The position numbers were made by a program, and so were the translations under genes. Below the pieces are notes generated by a model. It searched no databases. It was not told where the DNA came from and saw nothing but the letters and a program-made list of their open reading frames with translations. Positions 49,737 to 60,467 of a stretch of DNA of 64,000 nucleotides are shown here, piece after piece. The DNA lies in NCBI GenBank assembly GCA_036350735.1, contig JAZBNR010000065.1, forward strand, positions 2,617 through 66,616. Reading direction: 5' to 3'. Source of the stretch: Erythrobacter sp. (GTDB taxonomy: Bacteria > Pseudomonadota > Alphaproteobacteria > Sphingomonadales > Sphingomonadaceae). Numbering within the stretch: position 1 is the first letter of the stretch; the number at the start of each line of letters is the position of its first letter.

Positions 49737-51302
49737 CTAGAGGCAGGCTTCAAGGTAAGCCTGGTCGAAACCGAACTGGCGCGCCTTCTCGAGCGTGTAG
49801 GGGCGAAGGCCCGACGAGCGGAATTCGCCGAGAATCTTCCCGTCCTCGCTCTCGTCGAGATATTCGAACTTGAACAGCTCCTGCGTCACGATCACGTCGC
49901 CCTCCATCCCGATCACCTCGGTGATGTTGGTGGTGCGGCGGCTCCCGTCGCGCAGACGCTTAACCTGCACGATGAGGTCGACCGATTCGGCGATCTGGCG
50001 GCTGATGGCTTCCTTGGGGATCTTGATGTCGCCCATCAGGATCATGTTCTCCATACGGCCGAGGCATTCGCGCGGGGAGTTGGCGTGAAGCGTGCACATC
50101 GAGCCATCGTGACCGGTGTTCATCGCGGCGAGGAGGTCGAAACACTCCGCGCCGCGGATTTCCCCCAGAATGATGCGGTCAGGGCGCATACGCAGCGCAT
50201 TCTTGACAAGGTCGCCGATCGTGATCGCGCCCTGGCCTTCAAGGTTCGGCGGCCGGGTTTCGAGCGGCAGCCAGTGCGGCTGCTGCAGGCGAAGTTCGGC
50301 GGCATCTTCGATCGTCAGCACGCGCTCGCCCGGATCGATCATCTTGGAAAGGGCGTTGAGCATGGTCGTCTTACCCGAACCGGTGCCGCCGGAGATGACG
50401 ATGTTCATCCGGCAAGCGCCCGCGATCTTCAGTGCGGTGCACATCTTGTCCGACATCGAGCCGAATTCCTTGAGCATGTCCAAGGTGATCGGCTTTTCGG
50501 AAAACTTACGAATGGAAATCGCGGTGCCGCGCAAGCTGAGCGGCGGGACGATCACGTTGACGCGGCTGCCATCCTTCAAGCGCGCGTCGGCAAGCGGCGT
50601 GGTCTGATCGACGCGGCGGCCGACCTGGTTGACGATGCGCTGCGCGATCTGGAACAGGTGCTGCTCGTCGCGGAACCGGATCGGCGCGATGACGAGCTTG
50701 CCCTTTTTCTCGATGTAGGTCTGGTCCGGGCCGTTGACCATGATGTCGGACACGTCCGGATCGTTCAGCAATTCCTCGAGCGGGCCGAAGCCGAGCAGCT
50801 CGTCGATCAGCACCTTCTCGAGCGCGAACTGCTCGCGCCGGTTCAGCGTGACCTTGAGCTCGGCCAGCACCTCCATGATGATCGGCCGGAATTCCTCGGA
50901 GAGTTCCTCTTTCGAGAGCGTCGCTGCCGCCTCGGGATCGACGCGCTCGAGCAGGCGCGGGAGCACCTGTTCCTTGATCTTGTGAACGCTCGCCTCGAAC
51001 CCGCCGACCTCGGACTGGTTCTCGTTGATCGATTGCATGCGCTCGTTGAGGCGACTCATCGCCTCATCGGTACCGCCCTTTGCGGCCGAGGGCATCGGAG
51101 GCACTGCCTGGGGCTGCGGACGCGGCGGTGCCGATCCGCCGCCACCGCCGGGGAGCGGCGGAAACTGGTCTCCGCCCATGGGCGCTTCAGGAATGCGAGC
51201 AGTGTTGCCGCCGCTCCCTTTCATCGGGCGAGCGACACCGAAAGCGGGCTTGGCGCCCGGCCGAAGACCGCCAGCGTTGCCCTTTTTCCCGAATGCGCTC
51301 AT
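49737..51302 (-). CDS. cpaF: Tad pilus secretion ATPase CpaF/TadA
   Basis: GFGPLE, DARLKDGSRVN, GGTGSGKTT, LRMRPDRIILGEIRG, TGHDGS. Confidence 0.93.
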   Translation of the reverse strand: MSAFGKKGNAGGLRPGAKPAFGVARPMKGSGGNTARIPEAPMGGDQFPPLPGGGGGSAPPRPQPQAVPPMPSAAKGGTDEAMSRLNERMQSINENQSEVGGFEASVHKIKEQVLPRLLERVDPEAAATLSKEELSEEFRPIIMEVLAELKVTLNRREQFALEKVLIDELLGFGPLEELLNDPDVSDIMVNGPDQTYIEKKGKLVIAPIRFRDEQHLFQIAQRIVNQVGRRVDQTTPLADARLKDGSRVNVIVPPLSLRGTAISIRKFSEKPITLDMLKEFGSMSDKMCTALKIAGACRMNIVISGGTGSGKTTMLNALSKMIDPGERVLTIEDAAELRLQQPHWLPLETRPPNLEGQGAITIGDLVKNALRMRPDRIILGEIRGAECFDLLAAMNTGHDGSMCTLHANSPRECLGRMENMILMGDIKIPKEAISRQIAESVDLIVQVKRLRDGSRRTTNITEVIGMEGDVIVTQELFKFEYLDESEDGKILGEFRSSGLRPYTLEKARQFGFDQAYLEACL

Positions 51303-51427
51303 TCAAAGCCCCCGAGGCGTTTGTTGCTTTTCCAATCGTGCACCTCGCTCAACGGCGGCGAAGAGTGCCTCTCGAAGCGTGGTGAATAATTGGGAAAGCT
51401 TATTTTTTCCCTAAGGATTGATCAGAA

Positions 51428-51467
51428 GCGGGACGGGCCCCAGGCGGGACGGGCCCCAGGCGGGCCG
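51428..51467. repeat. 16-bp direct repeat, two copies plus a partial
   Basis: GCGGGACGGGCCCCAG at 51428 and 51444, then GCGGGCCG. Confidence 0.85.
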
Positions 51468-51663
51468 CTGCATGCCGATGTTGCGCACGAACAGCGCGAC
51501 ACTGCGCGAGCGAAGATCATTATGCGGGCGGGATGGCCGCATCGCGCGCGTGATTGCGCACGGCAAGCGGAGCGCTGGATCGCACGCCGCTTGACACCGG
51601 GTGCGCGGATGTCTCTTGCACTGGCAAACCCGCCCCGTTCAGCTGAACAAGGCCTGCAGCTTC

Positions 51664-52593
51664 ATGCGTCCATCAACCTCCACCGGCTTCGCCTATGCCT
51701 TGACCGGCTTCGCCGTGCTCTCGGTCGGCGATGCGGTGATCAAGACGATGGCTGGGGAGTGGCCGGCCCATGCCGTGGCCGCGCTGCGGTTCACGTTGGG
51801 GGCGATCGGCCTTTCGGTGTTGCTGTATCGCAGCGAGGGGGCGGGCGCATTCGTGCCAACCCGGCCCTTGCTCCAGATCGGGCGCGGGGCGTGCCTTGCC
51901 TTCGCCTCGACCGCGTTTTTTTCGGCGATCTACGTGATGCCGCTGGCAGAAGCGATGGCAATCGCGTTTCTCGCACCGATCCTCACGCAGATCCTTGCCG
52001 GAATCTTTCTCGGCGAACACGTGCCCGGGCGGGTCTATGGGGTATCGCTGGTCGCGCTTGCGGGAGTGGCGATCATCCTGCGGCCCAATCTCGCGCTGCT
52101 CGGCTGGGCGGCGCTCCTGCCGCTCGTCTCGGCGTTTTTCTTCTCGATGCTGATGGTGCTCAATCGGGCGAGCGCGGGGCAGGGCAGCGCGCTTTCGATG
52201 CAGGTCTTCGTCGCGGCGATCTGCGCGCCGATCCTGATCGTGCTGGCGCTGGGCGCCAAGCTATCCGGGATCGAAGCGCTCGATTTCGGCTGGCCGAGCT
52301 GGAGCGTGATCGCGCGCTGCGCCTTCGTCGCGGTCACCGCAAGCACGGCGCACTATTTGGCCTATCTCGGCACGCAGCGCGCAGGGGCAGCCGAAGTGGC
52401 GCCGGCGAGCTACGTCCAGATGCTGGTAGCCATCTTCATGGGAGCGCTCTTCTTCGGCGATCTGCCCGATGGCTGGACCCTGCTTGGCGCCACGCTCATC
52501 ATCGCTTCCGGGCTCGTGCTGTGGCGCGACGGACGGCGGCGGGCGCGGGCGGCGGAAACAGCGTTGGGCGAAGCCATCGCCGAGCGTGCATGA
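51664..52593 (+). CDS. DMT/EamA transporter
   Basis: DAVIK, MPLAEAMAIAFLAP, APASY, FGDLP. Confidence 0.88.
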   Translation: MRPSTSTGFAYALTGFAVLSVGDAVIKTMAGEWPAHAVAALRFTLGAIGLSVLLYRSEGAGAFVPTRPLLQIGRGACLAFASTAFFSAIYVMPLAEAMAIAFLAPILTQILAGIFLGEHVPGRVYGVSLVALAGVAIILRPNLALLGWAALLPLVSAFFFSMLMVLNRASAGQGSALSMQVFVAAICAPILIVLALGAKLSGIEALDFGWPSWSVIARCAFVAVTASTAHYLAYLGTQRAGAAEVAPASYVQMLVAIFMGALFFGDLPDGWTLLGATLIIASGLVLWRDGRRRARAAETALGEAIAERA

Positions 52594-52631
52594 TACGGAA
52601 GAATGCAATGGAAGTGGGCGGGATCTGAACG

Positions 52632-54467
52632 ATGTGTGGGATAATCGGTATTGTCGGCAGCAACGACGTGGCCGATCGGTTGGTCGACGGATTGCGACGG
52701 ATGGAATATCGCGGCTACGATTCCGCCGGGCTGTGCACGCTTCACGAAGGCCAGCTCGTGCGTCGGCGGGCCGAGGGCAAGCTTGCCAATCTCGTGGAGG
52801 TGCTGCGCGAGGATCCGGCGCCCGGCCAGGTCGGGATCGCGCACACGCGCTGGGCGACCCACGGTGCCCCCACGGCCCAGAACGCGCACCCGCACGCGAC
52901 GGGCGAGGTGGCGATCGTCCACAACGGCATCATCGAAAACTTCAAGGAACTGCGCGCCGAACTCGCCCGGGCAGGCCGCGTGTTCGAAAGCGAGACCGAC
53001 AGCGAGATCGTCGCGCATCTCGTCTCGGTCCAGATCGAGGCCGGGCGCTCGCCCGAGGATGCGGTGCGTGAAGTGCTGCCGCGCTTGCGCGGGGCCTTTG
53101 CGCTGGCGATCGCATTTCGCAGCCACCCAGGGCTGCTGATCGGGGCGCGGCTCGGCTCGCCCTTGGTGGTGGGGCATGGGACTGATCCGGCGAACCCCGA
53201 GATGTATCTGGGTTCGGACGCGCTGGCGCTCGCTCCGCTCACTCAGCGGATCACCTATCTCGAGGAGGGAGACTGGGTGGTGATCCACAGCGACCGGGCC
53301 AAGATCTTCGACGCCGAGGGACGTGAGACGATCCGCCCCGTCCAGCCTTCGGGTGCCTCGGCCGCAGCGGTCGAAAAGGGCAATTATCGTCACTTCATGC
53401 AGAAGGAGATTTTCGAGCAGCCCACCGTGGTCGCCCAGACGCTCGCCTCCTATCTGCGCCGCGAGGACAACTCGGTCGCCCTGCCGCAGTTCGATTTCGA
53501 CATCTCGGGGATCCGCCGCCTGACGATCGTCGCATGCGGCACATCCTTTTATGCCGGGATGGTCGCCAAATATTGGTTCGAGCAATTCGCCCGCGTCCCG
53601 GTCGATATCGATGTCGCCTCCGAGTTTCGCTATCGCGACCCGGTGTTTGAGGAGGGGGGGCTCGCGCTGTTCATCTCGCAGAGCGGCGAGACAGCCGACA
53701 CGCTCGCGGCGCTGCGCCACTGCAAGGCCAACGGCCAGGTGATCGGGGTGGTGGTGAACGTGCCAACCAGCACTATGGCGCGCGAGGCCGACCTGCTCCT
53801 GCCGACCCATGCCGGGCCCGAAATCGGGGTCGCCTCGACCAAGGCCTTCACCTGCCAGCTCGCCGTGCTCGCGGCGCTGGCCGCCCACATGGCGGTCAAG
53901 AAGGGTCTGATGAGCCGCGCGGAGGAGCAGGCGCTGGTCGGGCAGTTGCTGGAGGCGCCCGGCGCGCTCAACGCCGCGCTTGATCACGACGAGGACATCG
54001 CCGCCATGGCGCACCTCATCGCACCTGCGCGAGACGTTCTTTACCTGGGCCGAGGACAGGATTTCCCGCTGGCGCTTGAGGGGGCGCTAAAACTCAAGGA
54101 AATCAGCTATATACATGCGGAGGGCTATGCCTCGGGCGAGATGAAGCACGGGCCCATTGCGCTGATCGACGACGAAGTGCCGGTGGTCGTGATCGCGCCT
54201 TCGGGTCCGTTGTTTGAGAAGACGGTCTCCAACATGGAAGAGGTGCGCGCACGCGGCGGCAAGGTGGTGCTGATTTCGGATGCAACAGGGATCGAGGCAG
54301 CGGGCGAAGGCTGCCTCGCGACGATCGAGATGCCGCTTGCCCACCCGCTGATCTCGCCGCTGGTCTATGCGATCCCGGTGCAGCTGCTCGCTTACCATGT
54401 CGCGGTTGTCAAAGGCACCGACGTCGATCAGCCCCGCAATCTGGCTAAGTCGGTCACCGTGGAGTGA
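52632..54467 (+). CDS. glmS: Glutamine-fructose-6-phosphate aminotransferase
   Basis: MCGII, HTRWATHG, SQSGETADT, PRNLAKSVTVE. Confidence 0.98.
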   Translation: MCGIIGIVGSNDVADRLVDGLRRMEYRGYDSAGLCTLHEGQLVRRRAEGKLANLVEVLREDPAPGQVGIAHTRWATHGAPTAQNAHPHATGEVAIVHNGIIENFKELRAELARAGRVFESETDSEIVAHLVSVQIEAGRSPEDAVREVLPRLRGAFALAIAFRSHPGLLIGARLGSPLVVGHGTDPANPEMYLGSDALALAPLTQRITYLEEGDWVVIHSDRAKIFDAEGRETIRPVQPSGASAAAVEKGNYRHFMQKEIFEQPTVVAQTLASYLRREDNSVALPQFDFDISGIRRLTIVACGTSFYAGMVAKYWFEQFARVPVDIDVASEFRYRDPVFEEGGLALFISQSGETADTLAALRHCKANGQVIGVVVNVPTSTMAREADLLLPTHAGPEIGVASTKAFTCQLAVLAALAAHMAVKKGLMSRAEEQALVGQLLEAPGALNAALDHDEDIAAMAHLIAPARDVLYLGRGQDFPLALEGALKLKEISYIHAEGYASGEMKHGPIALIDDEVPVVVIAPSGPLFEKTVSNMEEVRARGGKVVLISDATGIEAAGEGCLATIEMPLAHPLISPLVYAIPVQLLAYHVAVVKGTDVDQPRNLAKSVTVE

Positions 54468-54566
54468 GAGCGGGCCCGGCGCGCTGCGGTGCGTGTCTGC
54501 AAGGAACGTGCAAAGCTGCCGGATGCTTTACGGCCCCCTAACTATTTGCGGTTATCCGCGTAGACC

Positions 54567-56918
54567 GTGAAGAATACATCCGCCCCATCGCCGGAAAGCA
54601 ACGGCACTCTCTCCTTTTCTGCCGTTCTGGGTTTAAGCGACCAGGGCGAGGCTGACTGGGCGAAGCTGCGCGGGCTGCAATGCTCGGCGATCGGCAAGAT
54701 GGCGTTCCTGCGGGCATTCTCTCACGCCATCCTTGCAGTGTTCGTGGCGCGGATTTTTTTAGACACCGCTCCTGGTCTCTACATCCTTGGATGGGTGCTC
54801 GCCCTTGCCGCCCTGCATACGCGCGGGGCGCGGATCGACAGCACGCTCGTTGATGCCGATCGCCGCAAGATCACGCGGCAGGAATACTGGCGTCAAGCCA
54901 CGACTTCGCTGGTCTCGGGCATCCTGTGGGGGGGATCGGTGTTCCTGTTCGCGCCCTTCGGCAGCCCGGAGGATCTGACCGCGCTGCTCCTCGCGATCGC
55001 GATCGTCGGGGCGGGCTCGATCTTTTTCGGCACGTCTTCGCCCATCGGCACCGTGCTCTATATGATGACCGCAGGCATTCTTGCCGCGATCTACCTTGCA
55101 CTGGCCGCAGCCTGGATGCCGATGGCCGCGATCGCGGTCTTCTCGATCGTGACCTCGCTCGGCGCGATCCAGGTTGGCCATGCCTATCTTTCCGGGGAAC
55201 TCTCCAAATTCGCGATCGCGGAGAAGGAAGAAGTCGTCTCCCTGCTCCTGCGCGAATTTGAGGAGAACGAGGCCGATTGGCTGTGGGAAGTGGACACCAC
55301 GCGCCGGATGCGTTCGGTCAGTCCGCGCTTCGCCTTCGCGCTCGCCTGCAACCAGAGCGAGGCGGAGGGCAAGCCGCTGCTGGAATACATTGCGGGCACG
55401 GGCTGGAAGGAGGGCCACTTCCCGCCCAGCCTCCACGAACTCGCTGAAAAGCTCAAGAACCGCGAGAACTTCTCGAACCTGCTGGTTCAGGTCTCGATCA
55501 AGGGCGAGGAGCGCTGGTGGGAGCTTTCAGGCACCCCGATGCGCGATGAACGCGGGCGTTTCATCGGTTTCCGCGGAGTCGGCTCCGATGTCACCGAACA
55601 ACGCCTGTCCGACCAGAAGATCGCCTATCTCGCCCGTTTCGACACACTGACCTCGCTTCCCAACCGCCTGCAGCTGACCGAGGCGCTGGGCGAGGCGTTG
55701 CGCTACGCCGAGCAGTGGCGGACACGCTGCGCGCTGCTGATGGTTGATCTCGATCGCTTCAAGGCGGTCAACGATTCGCTCGGCCACATGACCGGCGACA
55801 AACTGCTCGCGCAGGTCTCCTCGCGGTTGCAGGCGCTGATGGACGAGAATGCCATTTGCGGGCGCCTCGGCGGCGACGAATTCGCGATCGTGATCCGCGA
55901 TGCAAGCAACGCCGATCTCATCCGCAACTTCGCCCGACGGGTGATAGACACCCTGTCCGAGCCCTACCAGGTCGAGCAGCACACGCTCTATGTGGGCGCC
56001 AGCGTCGGCTCGGCGGTGGGCCCGCGCGATGGCAAAAGTGTCGAGGAATTGATGCGCAATGCCGACCTTGCGCTGTATCGGGCGAAGGATGTGGGCGGCG
56101 GAGAGCATTGCCGCTTCGAGCCGATGCTGCACGCCTCCGCCGAGGAGCGGCGCAAGCTCGAGGTTTCGCTGCGCAAGGCTCTGGGGCGCGAGGAAATGGT
56201 GCTGCACTATCAGCCTGTGGTCAACGCGCGCAGCGAGAACATCGTCAGTTTCGAGGCTCTGGTGCGGTGGAATTCGAGCGAACACGGCTTTGTCAGCCCC
56301 GGCAAGTTCATCCCGCTGGCCGAGGATACGCGCCTGATCGTGCCGATCGGCAAGTGGGTGCTGCGCCAGGCCTGCCGCGAGGCGCGCGAATGGCCCGAGC
56401 ACATCAAGGTCAATGTCAACGTCTCGCCCGAGCAATTGCTCGAACCCGATTTCCACAAGGAAGTCATCGATGCCCTTGCCGAAAGCGGCCTGCGCCCGGA
56501 GCGGCTCGAGATCGAGGTGACCGAAAGCGTGTTTCTGCGCGATGCCAGCGTGGCGCGCAACGCGCTTGAACAGGTGCTTGCGCTGGGCTGCACCGTTGCG
56601 CTCGACGATTTCGGCACCGGCTATTCTTCGCTCGGCTACCTGCGCAAACTGCGCTTCTCGACGATCAAGGTCGACCGCAGCTTCGTCCAGGGCGCGGCCC
56701 AGGGCAGCAACGAAAGTCTCGCAATCATCAACGCGGTGGTCGCCATGGCCAACAGTCTTGAGATGACGACGACCGCCGAGGGAGTGGAAACCGCCGAGGA
56801 GGTCGAACTCATCCGCAATCTGGGCTGCGACAAGATCCAGGGCTTCTATTTCGGCCGCCCCATGACCAACGACGAAGCGCGCCGCCTTTTCGTCCTGTCG
56901 AAAAAGGTGCCCGCCTAG
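54567..56918 (+). CDS. Membrane-bound PAS-GGDEF-EAL c-di-GMP enzyme
   Basis: Multi-TM N-terminus, PAS domain, intact GGDEF, FEALVR, DDFGTGYSS. Confidence 0.92.
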   Translation: MKNTSAPSPESNGTLSFSAVLGLSDQGEADWAKLRGLQCSAIGKMAFLRAFSHAILAVFVARIFLDTAPGLYILGWVLALAALHTRGARIDSTLVDADRRKITRQEYWRQATTSLVSGILWGGSVFLFAPFGSPEDLTALLLAIAIVGAGSIFFGTSSPIGTVLYMMTAGILAAIYLALAAAWMPMAAIAVFSIVTSLGAIQVGHAYLSGELSKFAIAEKEEVVSLLLREFEENEADWLWEVDTTRRMRSVSPRFAFALACNQSEAEGKPLLEYIAGTGWKEGHFPPSLHELAEKLKNRENFSNLLVQVSIKGEERWWELSGTPMRDERGRFIGFRGVGSDVTEQRLSDQKIAYLARFDTLTSLPNRLQLTEALGEALRYAEQWRTRCALLMVDLDRFKAVNDSLGHMTGDKLLAQVSSRLQALMDENAICGRLGGDEFAIVIRDASNADLIRNFARRVIDTLSEPYQVEQHTLYVGASVGSAVGPRDGKSVEELMRNADLALYRAKDVGGGEHCRFEPMLHASAEERRKLEVSLRKALGREEMVLHYQPVVNARSENIVSFEALVRWNSSEHGFVSPGKFIPLAEDTRLIVPIGKWVLRQACREAREWPEHIKVNVNVSPEQLLEPDFHKEVIDALAESGLRPERLEIEVTESVFLRDASVARNALEQVLALGCTVALDDFGTGYSSLGYLRKLRFSTIKVDRSFVQGAAQGSNESLAIINAVVAMANSLEMTTTAEGVETAEEVELIRNLGCDKIQGFYFGRPMTNDEARRLFVLSKKVPA

Positions 56919-56944
56919 CTGTTCATGCTGGCCCGCCGGTGCGT

Positions 56945-57646
56945 TCAGGCATTGACGAGCGCCGTCACGATATTGGCGAACAACCGCCTCCCGTCGTCTC
57001 CTCCAAGCGACGGGTGCGAGGCTGGCTCGATCGCACGCTCGGGGTGCGGCATCATGCCCAGGACCCGGCCATTCGCGCTCAGCACCCCGGCGATGTCACG
57101 CAGCGACCCGTTCGGCGAGCCGCGCTCGTCTTCGGCGTAGCGGAAAGCAATCCGATTCTCGGCTTCGAGGATTTCGAGCGTCGCCTCGTCGGCGAAATAA
57201 TTGCCGTCATGATGGGCGACGGGAATGCGGATCGTCTCGCCGGGGGTGAAACCGTGAGTGAAGGGCGAGGTCACGTTGCAGACCGAGAGGGTCGCGGTGC
57301 GGCAGACAAAGCGCTGGCCCTGGTTGCGCATCAGAGCGCCGGGTAGCAATTCTGTCTCGGTGAGGACCTGAAAGCCGTTGCAGATGCCCAGGACGGCCAC
57401 GCCGCGCTCAGCTGCGGCGATGACGGCGCGCATCACCGGGCTCTTTGCTGCAATTGCGCCGCAGCGCAGATAATCGCCATAGGAGAAACCGCCGGGCAGG
57501 GCGACAAGATCGAGCCCTGCGGGAAGCTCGGTGTCGCGGTGCCATATGCGGGAGGGTGCAGTGCCGGTGACAGCCTGGAGGGCAACCGCAAGATCGCGAT
57601 CGCAATTGGAGCCGGGGAAAGTGATCACACCAGCCTTGAGGCTCAT
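56945..57646 (-). CDS. purQ: FGAM synthase glutaminase subunit
   Basis: [32 protein letters not shown]. Confidence 0.96.
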   Translation of the reverse strand: MSLKAGVITFPGSNCDRDLAVALQAVTGTAPSRIWHRDTELPAGLDLVALPGGFSYGDYLRCGAIAAKSPVMRAVIAAAERGVAVLGICNGFQVLTETELLPGALMRNQGQRFVCRTATLSVCNVTSPFTHGFTPGETIRIPVAHHDGNYFADEATLEILEAENRIAFRYAEDERGSPNGSLRDIAGVLSANGRVLGMMPHPERAIEPASHPSLGGDDGRRLFANIVTALVNA

Positions 57647-57900
57647 CGCGCCGGCTCCGCAGCTGCGGGCGCGAGGCGCTCGATCTCGAAATCCTCGATC
57701 ACGGTGTTGGCGAGCAATTGCTGGCACATGGCGCGCAAGGTCTCTTCGGTCGTGTCGTCCGCAACCTCCAATTCGATCAACCGTCCCATCCGCACGTCCT
57801 CGACGCCCGAAAAGCCGAGCGATTCGAGCGAATGATGCACCGCGCGCCCTTGCGGATCGAGCACGCCGGGTTTGAGGCGGACGAAAATGCGGGCTTTCAT
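57643..57900 (-). CDS. purS: FGAM synthase PurS subunit
   Basis: [18 protein letters not shown]. Confidence 0.96.
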   Translation of the reverse strand: MKARIFVRLKPGVLDPQGRAVHHSLESLGFSGVEDVRMGRLIELEVADDTTEETLRAMCQQLLANTVIEDFEIERLAPAAAEPAR

Positions 57901-58165
57901 GAACGATGACCTCCTGGTGCCTGGTTGGCTTTCACTTGGCGCATATAGCGAGGCGCGGAGTGCAGCGCACCCCCGCGTTTTCCGGATCCAACGGCGATCG
58001 AGGCGATCTTAGATGTCGCTATTCTGCAACAAGTGTCGCAAGATCGACCCATCAGCGACCTTCAATCGCAGTATTTCGCACCTGCGAACTCGCCCGAATC
58101 GGGTAAATCTGTCAGCGCGACTGCGGTCGCGTCATCGGACCGACCGAATTTCAGGGGCCCTCACC

Positions 58166-60391
58166 ATGTCACATCGCCTTTCCAATTCCCGTGCTTTCTT
58201 GCGCGCCCGTTGGGCTGCGTCCACCATGCTGACCGCCGCCGCGCTCGGTCTTGCCACGCCTTCCTTCGCGCAGGACTCGGTCGGAGAGAGCGCCGAGGAA
58301 GAAGGCCAGCTGCCCTCGATTATCGTCACCGCCAACCGTCGCGAAGAAAACCTTCAGGACGTGGCCGTCTCGGCCGATATTCTTGACCAAGGTCGCGTCG
58401 GCGCGATCTTCAGCGGGGCCGCCGATACAACCGCGCTCGCGGGCAGCGTGCCCGGCCTCAATGTCGAGAGCTCGAACGGCCGCGTCGCCCCGCGCTTCTA
58501 CATTCGCGGCCTTGGCAACACCGACTTCGATCTTGCCGCCTCGCAGCCGGTCTCTGTCCTGATGGATGAGGTCGTGCTCGAAAACGTGACGCTCAAGAGC
58601 TTCCCCATCTTCGACGTCGAGCGCATCGAGGTGCTGCGCGGGCCGCAGGGCACCCTGTTTGGCCGCAACACGCCTGCCGGTATCGTCAAGATCGACACTG
58701 TCAAACCCGGCTTTGATACCGACGTGGCGCTCAGCCTCTCCTACGCCTCGCTCGACACGATCTCGCTGAGCGGCGCGATCGGCGGCGGAATTGTCGAGGA
58801 CACGCTCGCCTTCCGCGTCTCGACCCAGCTTCAGCGCCGCGGCGACTGGATCGACAACGGTTTCACCGGGCAGGAAAATGTGCTCGGCGGCTACACCGAT
58901 TTCGCCATTCGTGGCCAGCTCCTCTTCACGCCGAGCGAGCGCGCCAGCATTCTGGCCTCGGTGCAATATCGCGATCTCGATGGCAGTTCGACCTTCTTCC
59001 GCGCTAACGTGCTCGGACCGGGCGACAACGAGCTCAACGAGAACTACGACCGCGACGTGGTGTTGTACGATGCCGGCGGCGGCAACCCTGCCGAATACCA
59101 GCAATTCGGCGCCACCCTCCGGTTCGATTACGAGTTCGACGCCGCCACGCTCACCTCGATCACCAGCTATTACACCAGCGAAGGCTTCAGTCGCGGCGAT
59201 GTCGACGGCGGCAATCTCGTGACCGGCCCGGGCTTCATCCCGTTCCCGTCGGATACGCAGGATTCGATCGACCTCGAGCAGTTCACTCACGAGGTGCGGC
59301 TCGCTTCGAACGGCGATGGCCCATTGAGCTGGCAGGCCGGCGGCTTCTTCTTCGACAGCGACTTCGACGTGACCACGATCGGATTCACCTTCCCGCCCCC
59401 CGTCACCGTCAATCACACGAACCAGTCCTACGCCCTGTTCGGCCAGCTGTCCTACCAGCTCACCGACATGCTGCGCGTGACCGGGGGCCTGCGCTACACC
59501 GACGACGAGAAGGATTTCTTCGTCCGCTCGGGTGCTGCGCCGCAGCCGGTCTCGGTCCAGGATGACCAGCTCAACTGGGACATCAGCCTGTTCGCCGACG
59601 TTTCCGACACGACGAGCCTCTATGCCAAGGTCGCTGATGCCTTCCGCGCTCCGACGATCCAGGGCCGCGACGTCGCCTTCTTCGCGGCACCCTCGGTAGC
59701 GCAGTCGGAAAACATCACGAGCTACGAAGCAGGCTTCAAGAGCGAGTTCGCCGGGCGGCGCGTGCGGCTCAATGGTGCGGTGTTCTACTATACCGTCGAG
59801 GATCCGCAGTTCACCGCCGTTGGCGGGGGCGGCAATTTCGTCCAGCTGATCAATGCGAACAAGGGCGAGGCCTACGGCTTCGAGCTCGACAGCGCCTTCC
59901 AGGTCACGCCCGAATTCCAGATCACGCTCGGCCTTGCCTACAACAACACAGAGATTCAGGACGAAAACCTCGCGGTCGGCATCTGCGCCCAGTGCACCGT
60001 GACCGATCCGACGGTCGATCTCGGCGGTTCGACCCGGGCGCTGGTCGATGGCAATCCCTTCCCGAACGCACCCGAATGGAGCGGTGATTTCACCGCAAGC
60101 TATACCATCCCGATCGGCGACAACGACGAATTCTTCGTCTTCACCGACTGGACCTATCTCGGGGAGACCAACTTCCTTCTCTACGAGAGCCTTGAATTCA
60201 ATGCCGACAGCCGCATCGAGGGTGGGCTTCGGATCGGCTACCGAGGCAATGACGGCCAGTACGAACTGGCGGTTTTCGCCCGCAACATCACCGACGAGGA
60301 CAACGTGCTTGGCGTCGTCGATTTCAACAACAACACCGCCTTCGTGAACGAACCGCGGGTGATCGGCGTCTCGGTCGGCTTCAACTACTAA
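58166..60391 (+). CDS. TonB-dependent outer-membrane receptor
   Basis: Signal peptide, IIVTANRRE, IEVLRGPQGTLFGRN, C-terminal aromatic beta-strand (VGFNY). Confidence 0.93.
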   Translation: MSHRLSNSRAFLRARWAASTMLTAAALGLATPSFAQDSVGESAEEEGQLPSIIVTANRREENLQDVAVSADILDQGRVGAIFSGAADTTALAGSVPGLNVESSNGRVAPRFYIRGLGNTDFDLAASQPVSVLMDEVVLENVTLKSFPIFDVERIEVLRGPQGTLFGRNTPAGIVKIDTVKPGFDTDVALSLSYASLDTISLSGAIGGGIVEDTLAFRVSTQLQRRGDWIDNGFTGQENVLGGYTDFAIRGQLLFTPSERASILASVQYRDLDGSSTFFRANVLGPGDNELNENYDRDVVLYDAGGGNPAEYQQFGATLRFDYEFDAATLTSITSYYTSEGFSRGDVDGGNLVTGPGFIPFPSDTQDSIDLEQFTHEVRLASNGDGPLSWQAGGFFFDSDFDVTTIGFTFPPPVTVNHTNQSYALFGQLSYQLTDMLRVTGGLRYTDDEKDFFVRSGAAPQPVSVQDDQLNWDISLFADVSDTTSLYAKVADAFRAPTIQGRDVAFFAAPSVAQSENITSYEAGFKSEFAGRRVRLNGAVFYYTVEDPQFTAVGGGGNFVQLINANKGEAYGFELDSAFQVTPEFQITLGLAYNNTEIQDENLAVGICAQCTVTDPTVDLGGSTRALVDGNPFPNAPEWSGDFTASYTIPIGDNDEFFVFTDWTYLGETNFLLYESLEFNADSRIEGGLRIGYRGNDGQYELAVFARNITDEDNVLGVVDFNNNTAFVNEPRVIGVSVGFNY

Positions 60392-60422
60392 GCCCGCCAG
60401 GCGCTCGCCCATCAAGCGAGAG

Positions 60423-60456
60423 GGCCGGCAAGGAGACGCATCCTGCCGGCCTTTTT
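60423..60456 (+). terminator. Intrinsic terminator after the TonB receptor
   Basis: GGCCGGCA...TGCCGGCC stem followed by TTTTT. Confidence 0.75.
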
Positions 60457-60467
60457 CTCGTCCGAGG

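Noticed and set aside
52594-52631. glmS ribozyme
   Set aside because: Only 38 nt of intergenic space and no consensus; the ribozyme is mainly found in Firmicutes.
57901-58165. Cobalamin or TPP riboswitch upstream of the TonB receptor
   Set aside because: No B12-box or TPP consensus visible; only short hairpins.
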